This document shows positions 13,801 to 28,800 of a stretch of DNA of 64,000 nt, piece after piece (the stretch's first letter is position 1; every line of letters begins with the position of its first letter). The position numbers were made by a program, and so were the translations under genes. Source of the DNA: Thalia democratica (Eukaryota); the NCBI GenBank assembly GCA_965202585.1, contig OZ241827.1, forward strand, positions 23,374,001-23,438,000. The letters run 5' to 3'. The notes beneath the pieces are model-generated. The model had not been told where the DNA came from and did not search any database. It saw only the letters and a list, made by a program, of their open reading frames with translations.

Positions 13801-16800
13801 TTCCAGATAAAAAATACTTTTATACTTTTGAAATGTAAAACCTTGAAAAAAGCTAAAGTGACAGACTTTTAATGAAAGTTGTGTCCAGAAATAAAATTAA
13901 TAAACAAACAAAAGAGTAACAAAAATCAAAGGAATTAAAAGTGTTTGCTTAACAAAAGAACTATTTACTACTTATGTTTTACTTATTTAAGGTTTGAAGT
14001 TTTATTATTTAAGTTGGTTTTTTAAACTTTCCTCATATTTACTGTTTATTGAACGAAAAAATGAAAAATCGCTCAAAGAGTTTTGTCCAAGGACTTGGTG
14101 CACGAAAAAACCTTTAGGTTATCGAGTCGTACACCACGGATACAGTTTTATCAGGTAACTTGTGATTAAATTGTCTATTTAGTTAAAGTATTCATGTCGA
14201 AAATAGTTTTAAAATTTTAGAATTAAAAACTTTTTTAGAACGTTAAAAGTAAAAGATTATATAACATACACTCTGTTAAGCCAGCAGCATTTAATTTATT
14301 GCATACCGTGTCTATAAACTGACCATATTTTGAGTAGAGAAAAAAAGTTACACAAAGTTTTTCAAAAACATAGTACTGACCTTCGCTATCGAGATAGTTG
14401 TTAGGCTCTCCAGCGTTCCAATTCACATAATCTATTGGTGAACCGTCCGCCCAAATAAATGTTCTATCTCCTCTGTCCTGTGAACAAAAGTCACTTATAT
14501 CATTTTTTTTCCGTTTTTTATATCTGCTTAAAAACAGCAACTAAAATACATTGAACATTTAAATATAATTATTGTAAACACTATTGTTTTACTTTGGATT
14601 GTTTTTTATTTTATCACAGCTAAAATTGTTTGAAACGAGGCAATACAACTTTTTTAACAATTAAAGAAATATAACATAAGTTCTAAGAAAAGTCTTCACC
14701 AATTCACAGGTCATACCAAGGTATATTCTCGTACACTTAGTATTCTGTCTTTAGTTTGGTTAAAGTTTTAATTTTTTAACCAAGTTTTTATTCAAGAATG
14801 TTCTTCAATTAAAATAAACCATATCGTTTCAACCATTAACAATTTAATAGCAAAAACAATGTTAATGCGACATTTCATTTTAACTTTCATTTTCATTTAA
14901 ACTAAAAACTAACACTGTTTTAAGATTTTAGAATATCTAGTCATTGAAAATTCAGATGTTTTTATTACAAATACAATGTAGCTTTAGGTTTACTATTCCA
15001 ATGTCAGCTCTATTAGAGAATGTTAAGTATTGTCATGGTCCAAAAAATATCAAAATTTAAACTGAAAAGGATCAATTTTTAACAAAAAGTTAAGAATAAA
15101 AATAGATACAGTGTTTAAGTATTTTGTATGTAAAAAAAGAAACAGCATACTGATAAGTGCGTGTGAATCTCCTTTCAGCTAAGACAAAGGCTGTTATAAA
15201 CAATCCATCTTACTTTATCATATAAAAAATACAAAACTCCAAAACCCACCCTGAGTCCTATCCAGAAGCTGGACGCGGAACTTATTGCGGTCCAGGACTG
15301 CAGCATCAAGCTTTCGTCGTCGCTGTGCACTGCCACCAGCTGGCCGCCCTGTCCCCTGCAGTAATCGTTCGATTGGGGCCAGGTGAGGCGGGAGGACTGG
15401 TCGTTGAACAGGTAGCACTTGTCCTGGTTGTACGACGTTTGGTACCTGACCTGCGTGTGACGTGTTGGTTTAAGTTCGGTTTTGATTAATTTTTCTCTCG
15501 AATTTTTGTATAAATTTTTGTTTAGTTTTGGGGCAATCAAACTTTCCTGAACATTTTTTACAGAAGCTAGTTTTCTCAGAAACGAATTAGTAATTCATAA
15601 AAGAGCTTTTAATTTACTAAAAGTTTTCATCGGTAAAACTTTCGTACAATTTCAAAATAATTAAGTGTCTTCAACATACTTTAAAGCTGGTTGAAAGCAA
15701 ACGTGTTTAGATTAAAAGAGTCTTTGTTTTAATTACTTTAAGTGTTAGTTTGAAGTTGTACTTACCCATGACTGGTCGGTGCCGCACGCGGGGTCAATCT
15801 CGCCCCTTTTAGGTGGTTCTGTTGGCGGTGCTAACGGTGACTTGCCCTTTGCTATTTTGCAAATCCAGTTTCGTTTGCTTTGACATTCAATGTCGTTCCA
15901 ACTGTTAAGATTACATTGAATGATATAAACAGTATATGTTTGTAACAATTTAAATTAGTTGTTAAAGTTTGGGCGAATTCGGAGGGCTTTTTTGATCTTT
16001 TTTTTTTTAATCTTTTCTCTCCGTATTTTTTCAAAGATGTTCGTCGAAAGATGAACGTCTTTTTTTTTACCCATTTTTTTGGCTACCTATAGAGTAACTT
16101 AACAAACATAGTTTCATCCACATCGCTTTCATTTAAGTTTTTCGTATTCAAAAATTAATATTTATAAGATCCTATTATTAAGCAGCAGTTTATGAGAGTA
16201 AGTTTTATGTTACTTTTACAATCAAAAATTAACTGCTATAAATCAGCTTACCCTTCAACGCCTGCGTAAAATTGTCCTTCGATACAATTTTCACTTCCTT
16301 CAAAGTTGTTGGGCTCCCCGTCACCCCAGCTATAGTAATCCGTTGGAGATCCTGAAAAAAAAAATTATATGTTTTTATATTTAAGTTTGAATTACAAACT
16401 ATAAAAAAGCATGTTCTATAAAAAATGTTAGTAATACAGAAGTAATTATATTTATATTAAAAATAAGCTTAATAGTTTGTGGCAGCCATTACCATAAGTT
16501 TAAACTTGTTTTAATGTTATTGTTGTGTTAAGTAAACATTTGTAACACCTGTAAAAAGTATAGTAAATATTTTCAAAATACATTTCATAAATTCTATAAA
16601 AACCTTCATTAAATACTATAAATTTATAAAGAAAACAATTAAAGAAATATTCTAAGCAACTTAACGTAGCCGTCAGCGTCAGGCTGCTGATTATTAAGCC
16701 TGATATGTATATATACACATATATATATATAGGAATCTGCTTGCGTAAAACTTCATCAAGAATATCATAACGTGCATTTTATGTAATCTTTAAAACCGCT

Positions 16801-19800
16801 CTAACTGTTTTCAAATTCCTTAAAAAACAGACTGACTATGTACATTTAAACCAATAAGTATTTTTTGTATCAGGTTATTTATAAAATATTCAAAAACATT
16901 CAAAATATCCCGAATTCAATTTAAATGCACAAAAATAACTAACCGTCGGACCACTGGTATCCGTCTTTGGGGACCAGGTTGTTCAGCCCTATCCAGAAGT
17001 ACACGTAAGAGTTGACGGTGACCCGCTGCACGGCCTGTATCACGCTCGCCTGCTCCTCCTGCGAGTGCACCGACACCAGGTCCGCCCCCAAGTGGCGACA
17101 GTAGTCCACGCTTTCCTGCCACGTCTTCCGGTCAGCGTCGTCCAGAGACTCCATCACCTGATAGTTGAAATATTATAAAGTTATTTTCGATGTCTTAAAT
17201 AAAATTGAATGTTTATATTCCTGAGCAGTAAGTGTCGATACAAAACGTGTTTCAGTATTGCTGTAATTGAAGATTTGTATAAGTTTAAAGTGTTTGCTAT
17301 TTAAATTTAGATTTTAAAAAGTTTTTAAACTTTTTTAATAAAGTAAACTTTTAGAGGTTCTAATACCATTGATTGATAAACAAAATTGACTTTACCAAAC
17401 AGATGATGTCTTTAAAAGCAATAAGCTGCAGTAGAAATTTCTAAACAAACAGCTACTCAAACATACAATAAATAAAATTTCAAAAAATATTGTTCAGAAC
17501 ATTATCACACCATGTAGCAGTAGGATGAAGTGGAATCGCTTAGCCAGCCATCTGGGCAACTCAATGAGGGATCCGGGGTGGTATAGGAAGGTTGCGGGTA
17601 TCCAACCCTCGGTTTCTCGCATACAAAGTGGTAGTCGTTCACACACAAGTCTACGTTCCACTTACCTGTCAGTTGTGAGAAGTGTATCGATCTTATAAGT
17701 TAAATGAGATAAAAAACAAACAGAAAACTTTTTAGTGATTTGACAAACACTTTATTAAATTTGACCCTTATTTTCTTTATCAAAAATACTTAATAGCATT
17801 GGCACTTATATAAAAACAACAGCATAGGTTGAAAAACTTAATTAACTATTTAATTTTGTCTATCGAACAAAATTTAATAGTTACCGAAGATGTAGTAAAC
17901 AAAAACTAATTGTATTTATACCCATTATACAACATCTTTATGAATTTAAAATACATCTAGATATATCAAACTCTACAAATTTAAAATACAGTCTAAAAAA
18001 GACGTTTTCCAACAGCAAACCAACCGTTGATGGGGTCGAGGTAGGTGCAGGCAACAGCCCGCTTGTCGCTGCAGTACATCCAGAAACCGTTGTACTCCGC
18101 ATCGGTGCTGCACCACGGCTCGTTCTGCCTGGCCGGAGACGGCACGTCGGTCGTGCACTCGTTGTACGTCACTCCCTTGTACGTGAACGGCAGCGCGCAC
18201 TCGTACCTCGTTTCTGTTGAACATTTGTATGGTATAAATTTATTTTAAATAGTTTGAAAATTTATTTTATTTATATTGAAAGCATTATTTCATTAGCCCT
18301 CAAATTCTTAAAACTCGTACCTTTTTTATACAAAAGCTATTTTAAAGAAATAAAATGATATTTTTTTCGTTTTTTTTTTACTCTAATTGTTAAGAACTTT
18401 TTGATGTTTAAAATTTATAACTACGCTAAAAGTAAAGTATGTTTAAAATATCTAAAACTTTTGTAAATTTTTTTCCTAGTGTTTCTTTTCTTGAAAACGC
18501 ACAATGAATATTTTGTTTAATGTAAGAAATATTTACGTATGACTAAAATTTAAAAAGTCAACTCGCAATGGTTTATTCTGTTTAACTTTTGATTTTTACT
18601 TTTGAGCCACAAGTTTTAGACTGTTTTATAATAAAAATTGATGCAATCGTCAAACTATGAAACAAATCTAACGGGGCTGTCCAACGTTCCAGTTTGTGTA
18701 AGTGACCGGCTCCTTTGATTCCCATTCGTAAACGATTTCGGCCATGTTGTCGTCTAAATTTCTTCCGGCGAACCCGATCCATGCTGTGTAGTTCAGACCT
18801 GGACGCAGTTTTGCGGACACCTGAAAGTTTTTAGTGTTTGGACACAACACGTTTTTTTAATTACAAACAAGTACATAAAACCAACAACTTTTATTACTTA
18901 CTTCTAACATTATTACTCGTTTACATGAAATTAAAAACCTTGGCTAAAGGTATATTTGAAAATTTGATGATATACTTTGTTATAAAAAAATAGTTGTCAA
19001 AACAGTTGTGTAACCTTAATATTTAACTAATAAAACGCCGATATAATGCGTATGACAGCTTTCAAATAAATATATAAGCCTTTAATTCTTTATAGCGGAT
19101 AAAGCAGTTAAAATTTTAAGGTAAAACAATGCTTATAAGCAGAAACCAAATCGCAAATACAATTTCAACTAACAAGCGAGTTGACGAAGGCTTGCTCGTA
19201 ACCGTCATTGATGCTGACCAGGTACGCTCCGTCTTTGTTCTCAGCGCAAATCTCCCTCGCATACCTGTATATGGTGTCGTCGGTGTTCACGTAGTAGCAC
19301 GAAGACTCTGTTTGACATGTCTCATAAACATTTACGAGTAAATACTAGCTGATAGCGGATAGGAAGTTATTAAACTTTCTTAAAATATAGTATCATCAGT
19401 CAAAAAATCTAAAACAACAATTTAGCAAGACAATTCAGGCATTAAAAAATCTTTAGGAAACTTAAAAACAAATATTATCTATATGTTCCTAAAGACCAAA
19501 TAAATTAGCAACCGACCATAGGCCGACCAGCCGGGGTCGCAGCCTTCTTCCACGGGCAAGTCACCAGTTCCCGTGTCCTCCATCAGTTGCTTGGACTTCT
19601 TACACATGTAGGGCAGCTGCTGGGTGCACTTCTTGTCCGACCAGTACCCCTCCAAACGGATAAATTTCACGCACTGCGGATCCTGACCATTTAATAAGTT
19701 TAGGTTGAGAAAAATAATATATTGCATTATAAGTAGTTTTTTTATGAAAGTTTCATGATAGATAAACTCTTAAAGATTTCTTATTATTTTTTTTTCAATA

Positions 19801-22800
19801 GAAACAGTCAAAAAACTAGAGAAAACCAGATAATCATTTACAAACACAAACATCTATTTTATTATTTGTTGTGTTTATGTTCACAGTTATAAAGAGTCGT
19901 TGACTAGTGTTTTGTTTGCTTAACAGTTAAAAGATCTTAAGGCATTAGCTGATCGCTGAGATAGATTAAAAAAAAAGTTCTAACAAAAATATCAACTAAC
20001 TCCGCCATCTGGTTCGTTGAACGACCACTTAGTATAAGACACAGGAGATCCGTCGACCCATTGGTAGTAGTTGTACTTGTCCAGATCATTCAACCCAATC
20101 CAAACATCTACATCTTCTAAATCTTCTCTGTCTGTTGGTAATAAATTATAGCTAATGTTTTTTTTTTGAAATCATACCAATAGCTTTAGAAAATAAAAGT
20201 AAGTTTTAACATTAACTGTTTTGAAATCAAATAAATTTTAGTTTTAAAAAACCAAAATTTGCAATAGTTATTACCTAAACCATTTAATATTCAATTGAGG
20301 TACAAACACGGTATCCGAAAAATAAGCTCATGCAAAATACTATAGGTGCTTAGTTTAAAGCTTAAAAAAGATTTAAATTATCATCAAGCTAATAAAAATT
20401 CTATACATTTTATTGTTTCTGTTTTTCTAAAATCTTTTTTTTTAATTCGCTGCTGAAACAGATAATAGATTTACACTTTCATTTATAACTCTTTTTTTAG
20501 TCAATTAATACAAAAGGACATCAGCAAACCTTGTTTTTAGCAAACAAGCAATAATAAGTAACTTGAATTATCCATAGATAATAAAGGAAATATAAATATT
20601 TAACAAATAAATGTTAACAACTTTCAATATTATATTAAAACTAACGTCCCTGCCAGATGACACTTTCGACGAAATCGTTTTCTCCCTTGGTGTTGATGCT
20701 GGCCAGGTCTCCTCCCATGTCAATACACTCCTGTCTTGCCTCGTACCACGTCCTCTTCACACCCTTAGGCGAGTAGTAGTAGCAGTGGTCCTTCCACGCC
20801 TTCCAGCCCGCAGCGTCGTCGCACTTAAACACTGTGACGTCATAAACAATTTGTTAACATGTTTTTTTACATTTCCTTTGTATTTAAAAGTTTTAGATTT
20901 TTATTTTTTAATTACGTTTTTAGTCTTTTATTTAAGTAAAACACAATAATGAAAATTTTAACTTTTATAAATAATTATTAAACTGAATAAAAATTTTAGT
21001 CGCTAAAAGGTTTAAATGACAAGCTAGCTTACTAGGGTGGTTGTGTTAAAGTAAAGTTTACTGAGTAACTAGAGTTACCAAAGCGTGTTTACAAACCTTT
21101 TCCTTCGAAGTTGATGGAATTTGCAGATGTTTGGTATCTGTATTTGTTTAATTTTAATTTATTTTAGTTATTACAAGTACGTATTTTTTGTCTAATGACA
21201 AAGTTAAGATGAGGTAACTTTAAGTTGTTTTGTGTTTTTAAATTTTATAAAAATGCTAATGAATGACAGGAAAACTAAAAAAGTTTACTTTAAAAATGTT
21301 AAACTTTACTTGTGCTTGTTTAATTTAGTCATTTTAGTTTAAGTTAGCAAAACTCTAATAAAGTAAAACCGATTAATTTTTAAGTATTTTTGTTAAAAAA
21401 TTTAATTTGATATAAAGCTTATAATGATAAGCAAAAGCTACTACTACTATAATTAAGCATTGATGCTTTAAAAAACGACGAAAGTTTTTTAATTTAATTT
21501 TAATTTAATTAAATAAATTAATTCTTAACTTCATTAGTTTCCTTAATTAATTTATAATACAGCTCAATAGAACTATTGTAAACATATCAACGCTTATCCA
21601 ACTAATTAAAAAGATAGTAGTTGCCTTTAATCATCTTAGTTGATTTCGTTCATTATAGGTTAGCTTTAACTTTTGAAACAAATTAAAACTGAAATCAACA
21701 AACGCTTGTGAGGCGATTCCGTTGTTGACAGAACCGGTGTACTGTGCTTGACCCGCCACCAAAGCGTAACTCACCGATCCGCCATGTTTGTTGTTCAGTC
21801 TTCCCGCGTGGATTGCGGCCGGACAAATTGCGGATTCCTGCGCAGTTTAAAAAAAACATTGGTTTTACACACAAAACAGTTGTTTTTAGTGTACATAGTC
21901 GTTAACTTTGTTGATTTACTGTCTTAATTCGGTAGCTTTTTTTTTACCAGACTTAAACTATTTGTTAAGAAAAATAATTGTGATCATACGACGTTATCTA
22001 AATATAAAAAACAAAATAACTATTTAAAATTAAAACATTTTTGTCTTATTCATTTATTTCTTAATTTTTATCGACCAACGAACCTGGGCATATCTTTGTT
22101 TAGACACGTCACCTCCGCCGTATACCGGACCGCTGGACGGATCTTCGACGCATCCTGCCGGACAGTCTATTGTGACGTCATTGTTGAGGCCAGTGTCAAA
22201 CTCCTTCGCAGTGTCTGCCGAATATTTTGATTACTTTTGGTCGTACAGTTTTTTCGGTAGTTTTCCAAATACAAATTAAAGAGCTTTAATGCAATTTGTA
22301 AATTTGGTCTTTAAATACAGGCTATCATCGCAATGTTTTTGTCACATGAACTGCTATTAATACTGGACATCTTTACTTATTTAAGAAATAAAGTTAAAAA
22401 GTTATTCTTGTTTTGAATTTTACTTTTGGCATAGAAGTTTTTTTAAGTATGTTTTGAAACCCTTTTTGAAAACGAGTAAAACTTTCAATTTTTTTTTTCT
22501 CAAAGAATTATTCATATTAGTTGTCTAAGTACTGTGTGACATATGCTTTTAAACCAATTCTTTTTATTAAACCTCAACAATATCAATTACCTGCACAAGT
22601 GATCCTCTCGTAGTTGTAGCAGCCCATCACTTCGAACTGCATCACGATGTTTCCCACCCAAGTCCTCGGGATCAGCCTCAGGCTCTTGGTCGCGATCGGC
22701 TCCCTGAAGATCGACTCCTCGTTCGTAACCTGATCGTGAAGCCCCTCGAATATCTGGTTAATTGAAGCATTTTTATATAAGCTCTCTAATCTAACAGTAT

Positions 22801-25800
22801 ATACTTTAACTAGTTAGGGCAATGAAGTAAAAAGATACAGTTTTAAAAAGATCCATTAAACTTTTTGGTTGGTTTAAGCCAAAAATCTTATATTTATAAA
22901 CTCACATGCATAAACCCTTCTTGGTTGGTGTAATAGTTGAACTTTTGCCCATCGTCACTGAATTGTATGTTGTAAGAAGTGAGGTAGTTTCCTGTTGTTG
23001 TAGTTCCGTACAAGGTTATTCCTGATACCTTAGATATATTTATGAAATTTAATATTGTTACATAGCTATTATTGTAGTAAGATGAGTTAATCGTTTATTG
23101 ACTTTTACTTACTTGAAGCAGTTTCTTTTTTGTCAAAAAACTTTGTAAATAAAAATAAAAACACTGCTATCAACATTGTTAAAGTTCAATGCTTCATAAG
23201 CTTTCTGTTTGTGAAAGAAATAAAATTTTAGTTAAAATACAATACTTCAAGCTGAAATGTTTCCCACGTTCTTGCTTGGTTTTCGAAAAATACAAAAAAC
23301 TTTGTAGAAATGTTTTCAAACCTTGAAGAAGTCTTTAAAAGAAACTTGTATCCATTCAGTAGCTGCATTAGTAGATGGAGTCCAGCCGGTTGGTGTGTAC
23401 GCTGTATGTTAACAATTTTCAGTGAAGAAAAAGGATGTATCTTAAGATCTGGTACCCGTAATTAAATTAAAAAATGTTCAGCTTGTGATGCTAGCTACTT
23501 TTTCAACTAATGAAAAGTTTATGTGTTAATTTACAATTGTTTAATATTAAAAAAGAACACAAACATATTTCAATTTTTCAATATTTTAAATAGTCAAACT
23601 ATACTTTAAAGAAAGTATGCTTATTTAAAATTATATATTAGTAAATAAAAAGTCACAAAATCAGGTTTAATATGCATGTTAAAGTAATTTGAACAGAGAC
23701 TTAAATACGATTAGCCCTAATGGTAAACTTTAAGTTTTACAAAAGACTTGTTTAATCTTGGAAAAAGCTCAAATTTTATAAAATTTAGATAATAAACACA
23801 TAGGAAAAGTTCTAAAAATAAATACATATAAAAGATAAATTAAAACTACTTAAGACGCATTATTACGTCACGAATAAACTAACAGGGACACGTTGGCACG
23901 TCACAATACTCCCATTCTTTGGTGGGGTCCGGAGAATAACACCAGGGTCCATCTTTACCGTCCGGATTTCTGCATTTGTTTTCCCTCAGCCCTGCATCCG
24001 GGTTGGTAGTCGGGTTGCTAGGTAACAGAATAAGTTGATTAAATGTTTACATTCGCAAACGTATAATTTAGTGTTTGATATTTAGTTTTATTTTATCTTA
24101 AAAAAGTTTTAAATTTTTGTAACTTTTTTTTGTATAGAAAAGTAATTTTTTCACAGTCTTGTAATATGTTACTACAAATAAAAAGAATTTTATTTTGTTT
24201 GAAGCTGTATTTATAAACAATCTTAACGTATTAAGTAAAAAACTTCGATGTACATATATCAAAACAGTAGCTTTTTTACTTTGACATCAACTTAAAATTA
24301 CAACTAACATTTTGTTGGTAGGATCCGTCCAGTCTTTACAATCGAGACCAGTGACAGTCTTGCTGACGAATCCCCTATAACCTGCTCCATTGTCGTTGCT
24401 ATCAGCCAAACACGAGACTGAATATAATTTGGTTAGCTTTAGTTGAATTAAAACAAAAAAAAAGACATGTAGGTTAAAGTTTTAAACAGTTAGGGGATTT
24501 GTAGAGGTTGGTATGAATACCAAAAAAACGTTAGTTAAGTAAAATTCAAGGAATTTTCATAAATAAAAGAAGTAGTTATATTGCTAGTAAAGATTCACGG
24601 AAATTATTTTTAACATGACAAATAACTTAAGTTAAATAGATTAATTTAATTTAGCTTTTTAGAACTTCAACAATTTTAATTATCGTAGTTATTTAAAGAT
24701 TTCAAACTCAAAAATGTATTTAACACAATAGTTATTATATTTCTATTTTTTCAAGACTTTATTGTGAATTATCTTATTTGCATTATTATGCTTTATTATG
24801 CATTATCTTATCGTAGTTGAGATCTCTTAATTTGTTTTCTAAAAATCAAAACATATAGTAATAGTTGTTATTATAAACTTGAACAAACATACTAAAGGCT
24901 GCGGTCACAACATAACGTACAACTGTTAAGTTTTTATAATCAGTTTTATTTATTCACACTCTACTTGATAGAGCTTGTATTTATTAGTTTTGTGAAATTA
25001 ATCACTAATGGATATATTGTTAAACTTAACGGTTTTAGCTTATTTTTGCTTAAAACTATAGTTTAACTCTATAGTTGATCCAAACATTTTTATAAATCAA
25101 AATAAAATAAAAACACCTAAAACAGGTAAAAAAGTAATAACTTTGCAAACTAACAATCGTTTTGAAGAGTGGCTCTCGCCTGTTTAGCTTCGTGTCCGGA
25201 GGTGGAGGAAGATGCGGTTATCGAATTATCAGGAATGAAGCCATCAGCCATGCCAAGAGGGTGAAGACAACCTGAATGCAAATGTGATTTTTTTTACAAT
25301 CAATAACAATATTTTAACAAACAGTGAACTTTTACTTATTTGGTAATATTTATTTTTTTTTAGTTTTAAAACTTTTGTTGAATAAGAATTACCTAAAAAA
25401 ACTGTTTACTTACAAAATAAATTGAGATAGAAAGTTTCTTTATTATTAAAATAATTTATTTTTATCTTAAAACGGTCCATGTAAAAAATATATCGAAAAC
25501 TAAGCATATTTCTGGCAGTCTACAAACTAACTATAAATAGTTTAAATTTCCATTCAAACTAACTGTTATTACAGCCGATATATTCCAGCCTCATGATGCA
25601 ATCATCGAACCACTCCAAGGGGTACAACCTCATGTGAGTGGCCACGACGCTCCTTGGAAATATATTTGTCACGTGGGTGTTCTGGTCTGAGTTTCCACCG
25701 AATTCCTGAAAGAAACAGTTAAACTTAGTTGATAGAAGTTATTGTAAACTAGACATAAGCTGAAAGATGCTTTATATTTTAAAAAATTATAGAAATTATT

Positions 25801-28800
25801 AATGTCAAATATAGTTCTTATTAGTTTGATTTGGCAAGAAGTTTACTTAATTCTACAAGTATCAAATTTTTAAGATCGTGGAAATTTATTCTAATATGTT
25901 AGTTTAGAAAATTAAAATCAAAACTTAAATATCAATCATTACTCAGTTAGGAGCTGTCAAGTAAGATAATTTATTATTTAGCTAACTAGACAGTATTTAG
26001 TACTTTTTCATTAGTGATCCGTTATAAGCACGATAAAACAGCACTAAACTTAAACTTTACAAGGTTTTTTATAAGTATTTTGTTGAAAAATGTAAGCAGA
26101 ACTAAATAACAAACACTTTAAAATTTATTCAATCAAACTAACAATAGGCTTTCCGTCCAGGTCGGACAAAAACTCCCACTTTTGCACGTTAGCCCCTACA
26201 TTATGGTGGTCCATGCTGTGAGCCACTTTGTACTTGGTCACCCACTGTCTGTCCGTCAACTGTCCAATACCATTCCTTCCCTAGTGAACAGCTTATATTG
26301 AGTTTAAAACCATATGAATTTTGCTTTATACGTTTGAGGGCAACAGTTTTGACTATTTACTTTTTTTGTTATAAGAAAAGTATAACTAATTTGAGACTAA
26401 AATAGTTATTTTTTTCACTACATAACAATAATGTATCAAAACCTTAAATGCTTATGTATTGGCTAGTTGAACAAAACTCAATTTAGTTAGTTTTTTTTGA
26501 CAGTTTGAATTTTGATAGTTATCCTAAAGCACAACAATAATAATTGTAAGTTATTTTCGTATAAATGTACACTTTAGTTACAAAATTTATAAAAAAATGT
26601 TTTCAATGAGAAAAATAAAACTAAACTTTTACTAAAAGCTCTGTTTTTAAAATTAAATTACAAATTTTTCTAAAAATTTTTGATGCTAACGTATTTGTTT
26701 GGAACGTAAACTTTTTTTGTTAGCAATAAAAAGATTAATTACTAATATCATTATTATAATATTTATACAAAATTAATAGAATTTATTATCATTATTTTCG
26801 TTAATATTATTAGAATTAAGTATTTTTATTTAATACAAGTGTTTAAACAGATAAGTTTAATAAGAAACTATGATTAATAAAATGCAAAGAAATTTCAAAC
26901 AACACAAATTATAGTTATTAATTATCTGAAATTAACTCTAAAACCTTGACAGAATTCGGAGGTAATAACTTTTGTACCTAGTTTTCAAACAGTAACTGAA
27001 ATTTGTTTGTTGAAAACAAACTTAAAACAATATAATCAGAAGAAGTTACCTGTGTGATCACCCCTTTAACGTTGACCGGTTTCGGAAAATCAACTTGTAG
27101 CCATGGTTCAGGGTCTTTGGACTGGGACAACGGTTGCCAACCACCATGACCTTGACCTTTTTGAATGTTGTCCTTGAATTTAAAAAAAAGATAGTTACTA
27201 TCTACAAAGAGATTATTGAAAGTGTTCCGTAGTTGAATACTTAACGAAAAACATAATATTATAAGCCAAAGATGCTGTATTTGGCTTTAAATGTTATTTT
27301 GTACGGAGGATGTATACGCGTCTTAACTTCCGAGCTGTATAAAATTCTGGAAACTTGAAACGTACTAGAAAGATTATAATAACTACCTTAAATGTTATTA
27401 AATGCATTTGTAAATCTTATCTGTAGCTAAAATTAGTATTTTTTTTTAATATTTTCACTCACAAAATCAGCAATATCGTCCGGAGTGTTTAGTCTACCTC
27501 TCCACGCTCCAAAATAATGATCTTTTTCAGATGAAGCCGTCATCGCAGAGTCTGGAAGAGTCGATCCGTACTCCGCACCTAAGTGTCTGAAAAAATCGTT
27601 TTCATTATGGAAATCGAGGTTATGTTTGAAGTAAAATTTAGTTTAACATACGTTTAGTATTTAAATGGAATTTACAATTGTACAATACAGTAATACAGAA
27701 CAATAATTGATCCAAAAGTCTGTCACCAAAAACAGGTGATTAATAAATATATCTATTATATTTAGTGAACAAAAAGATTTAGAAAAAAAGCGAAAACTAA
27801 AAACAAGTTTAGTTTTCTTTTTTTCAACAACAACAAACTTGAAGCAGCAAGACTCGTTGGCGTCGCACTCCTCCTCCTCGCCCTGGTCCCCGATCACGCT
27901 CGTGGTGATTCCCCTCTTCTCGCACATGTAGTGCTTGTGGTAGTAGCAGTCGATGTCGTTCCACGTCGAGTCTCCCGTGTAAAATTCCCCGCAATCCTCG
28001 TCACCAGCGTTGTTTGGCTCCCCTAGCGGATAGAAAAGTTTAATATTTCAAAAATCTTTGTTAAAACTCTGAAGAGTTTGATAATTTAAATGTTAAGTTG
28101 CTTGTTTAGTTAACTTTAGCAAACTTTAATTTAGTTGTATGTATACATTAGTTTAACCTTTAAGACATTTGATTTGAAATCTGTCCAACTTATTTTTATA
28201 CACTTATATAGGTTAGGTTTACTTAACAAACAAGCAAATGAAAAAAAAAAACTTTTTATTTGTAATATTTTGAATAGCAAATTAGTTATCTTTTACTCAA
28301 TGGTTATTTGAAAACAATATGGTTTTAAAAGTTAGTTTTAATTAATATAAAAGTGCTCTGCAAACCAACCGAGGCCCCAGTTTATATAGGGAAGAGGTGA
28401 CCCATCAGACCAGGCCCATCCGCTGTCGGCAGTGTCGAGTATGTCGTGGGGAAAGGGGTTCGAATCTATGAGGCCGATCCAAATGTTCGCGATTGTGGGT
28501 ATTCCCTGGACCACGGCTGTTCGAACGTTATTATGGTAAGATAGCAGGCTTAACTAACTTTGTCCATATAGACCAGTTTTAAATACTTTGCTTAACTTTT
28601 GCTTAAAAGTTTGCTTTATCTGTTTTAAAATGAAACAGTTTTATGTGCACAGATTTTTAAAATTGCTTATACGCCGTATAAATATTTCAAGCCTATTTGG
28701 AATAGTTGTAGTTAGAAACATTTATATTAAAAGAGTCAGTGCTATACATACTTGACTCCATTTTAAATTTGTGTTCATATCAATTAATATAATGAATCAT

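Noticed and set aside
14118-14154. Exon-like AG|37 nt|GTAACT on the + strand inside a lectin intron
   Set aside because: It is isolated and short, no compatible partner exons or ORF were found, and it is likely chance or TE debris.
16705-16730. Short (TA)n-like microsatellite
   Set aside because: Ordinary, imperfect and intronic.
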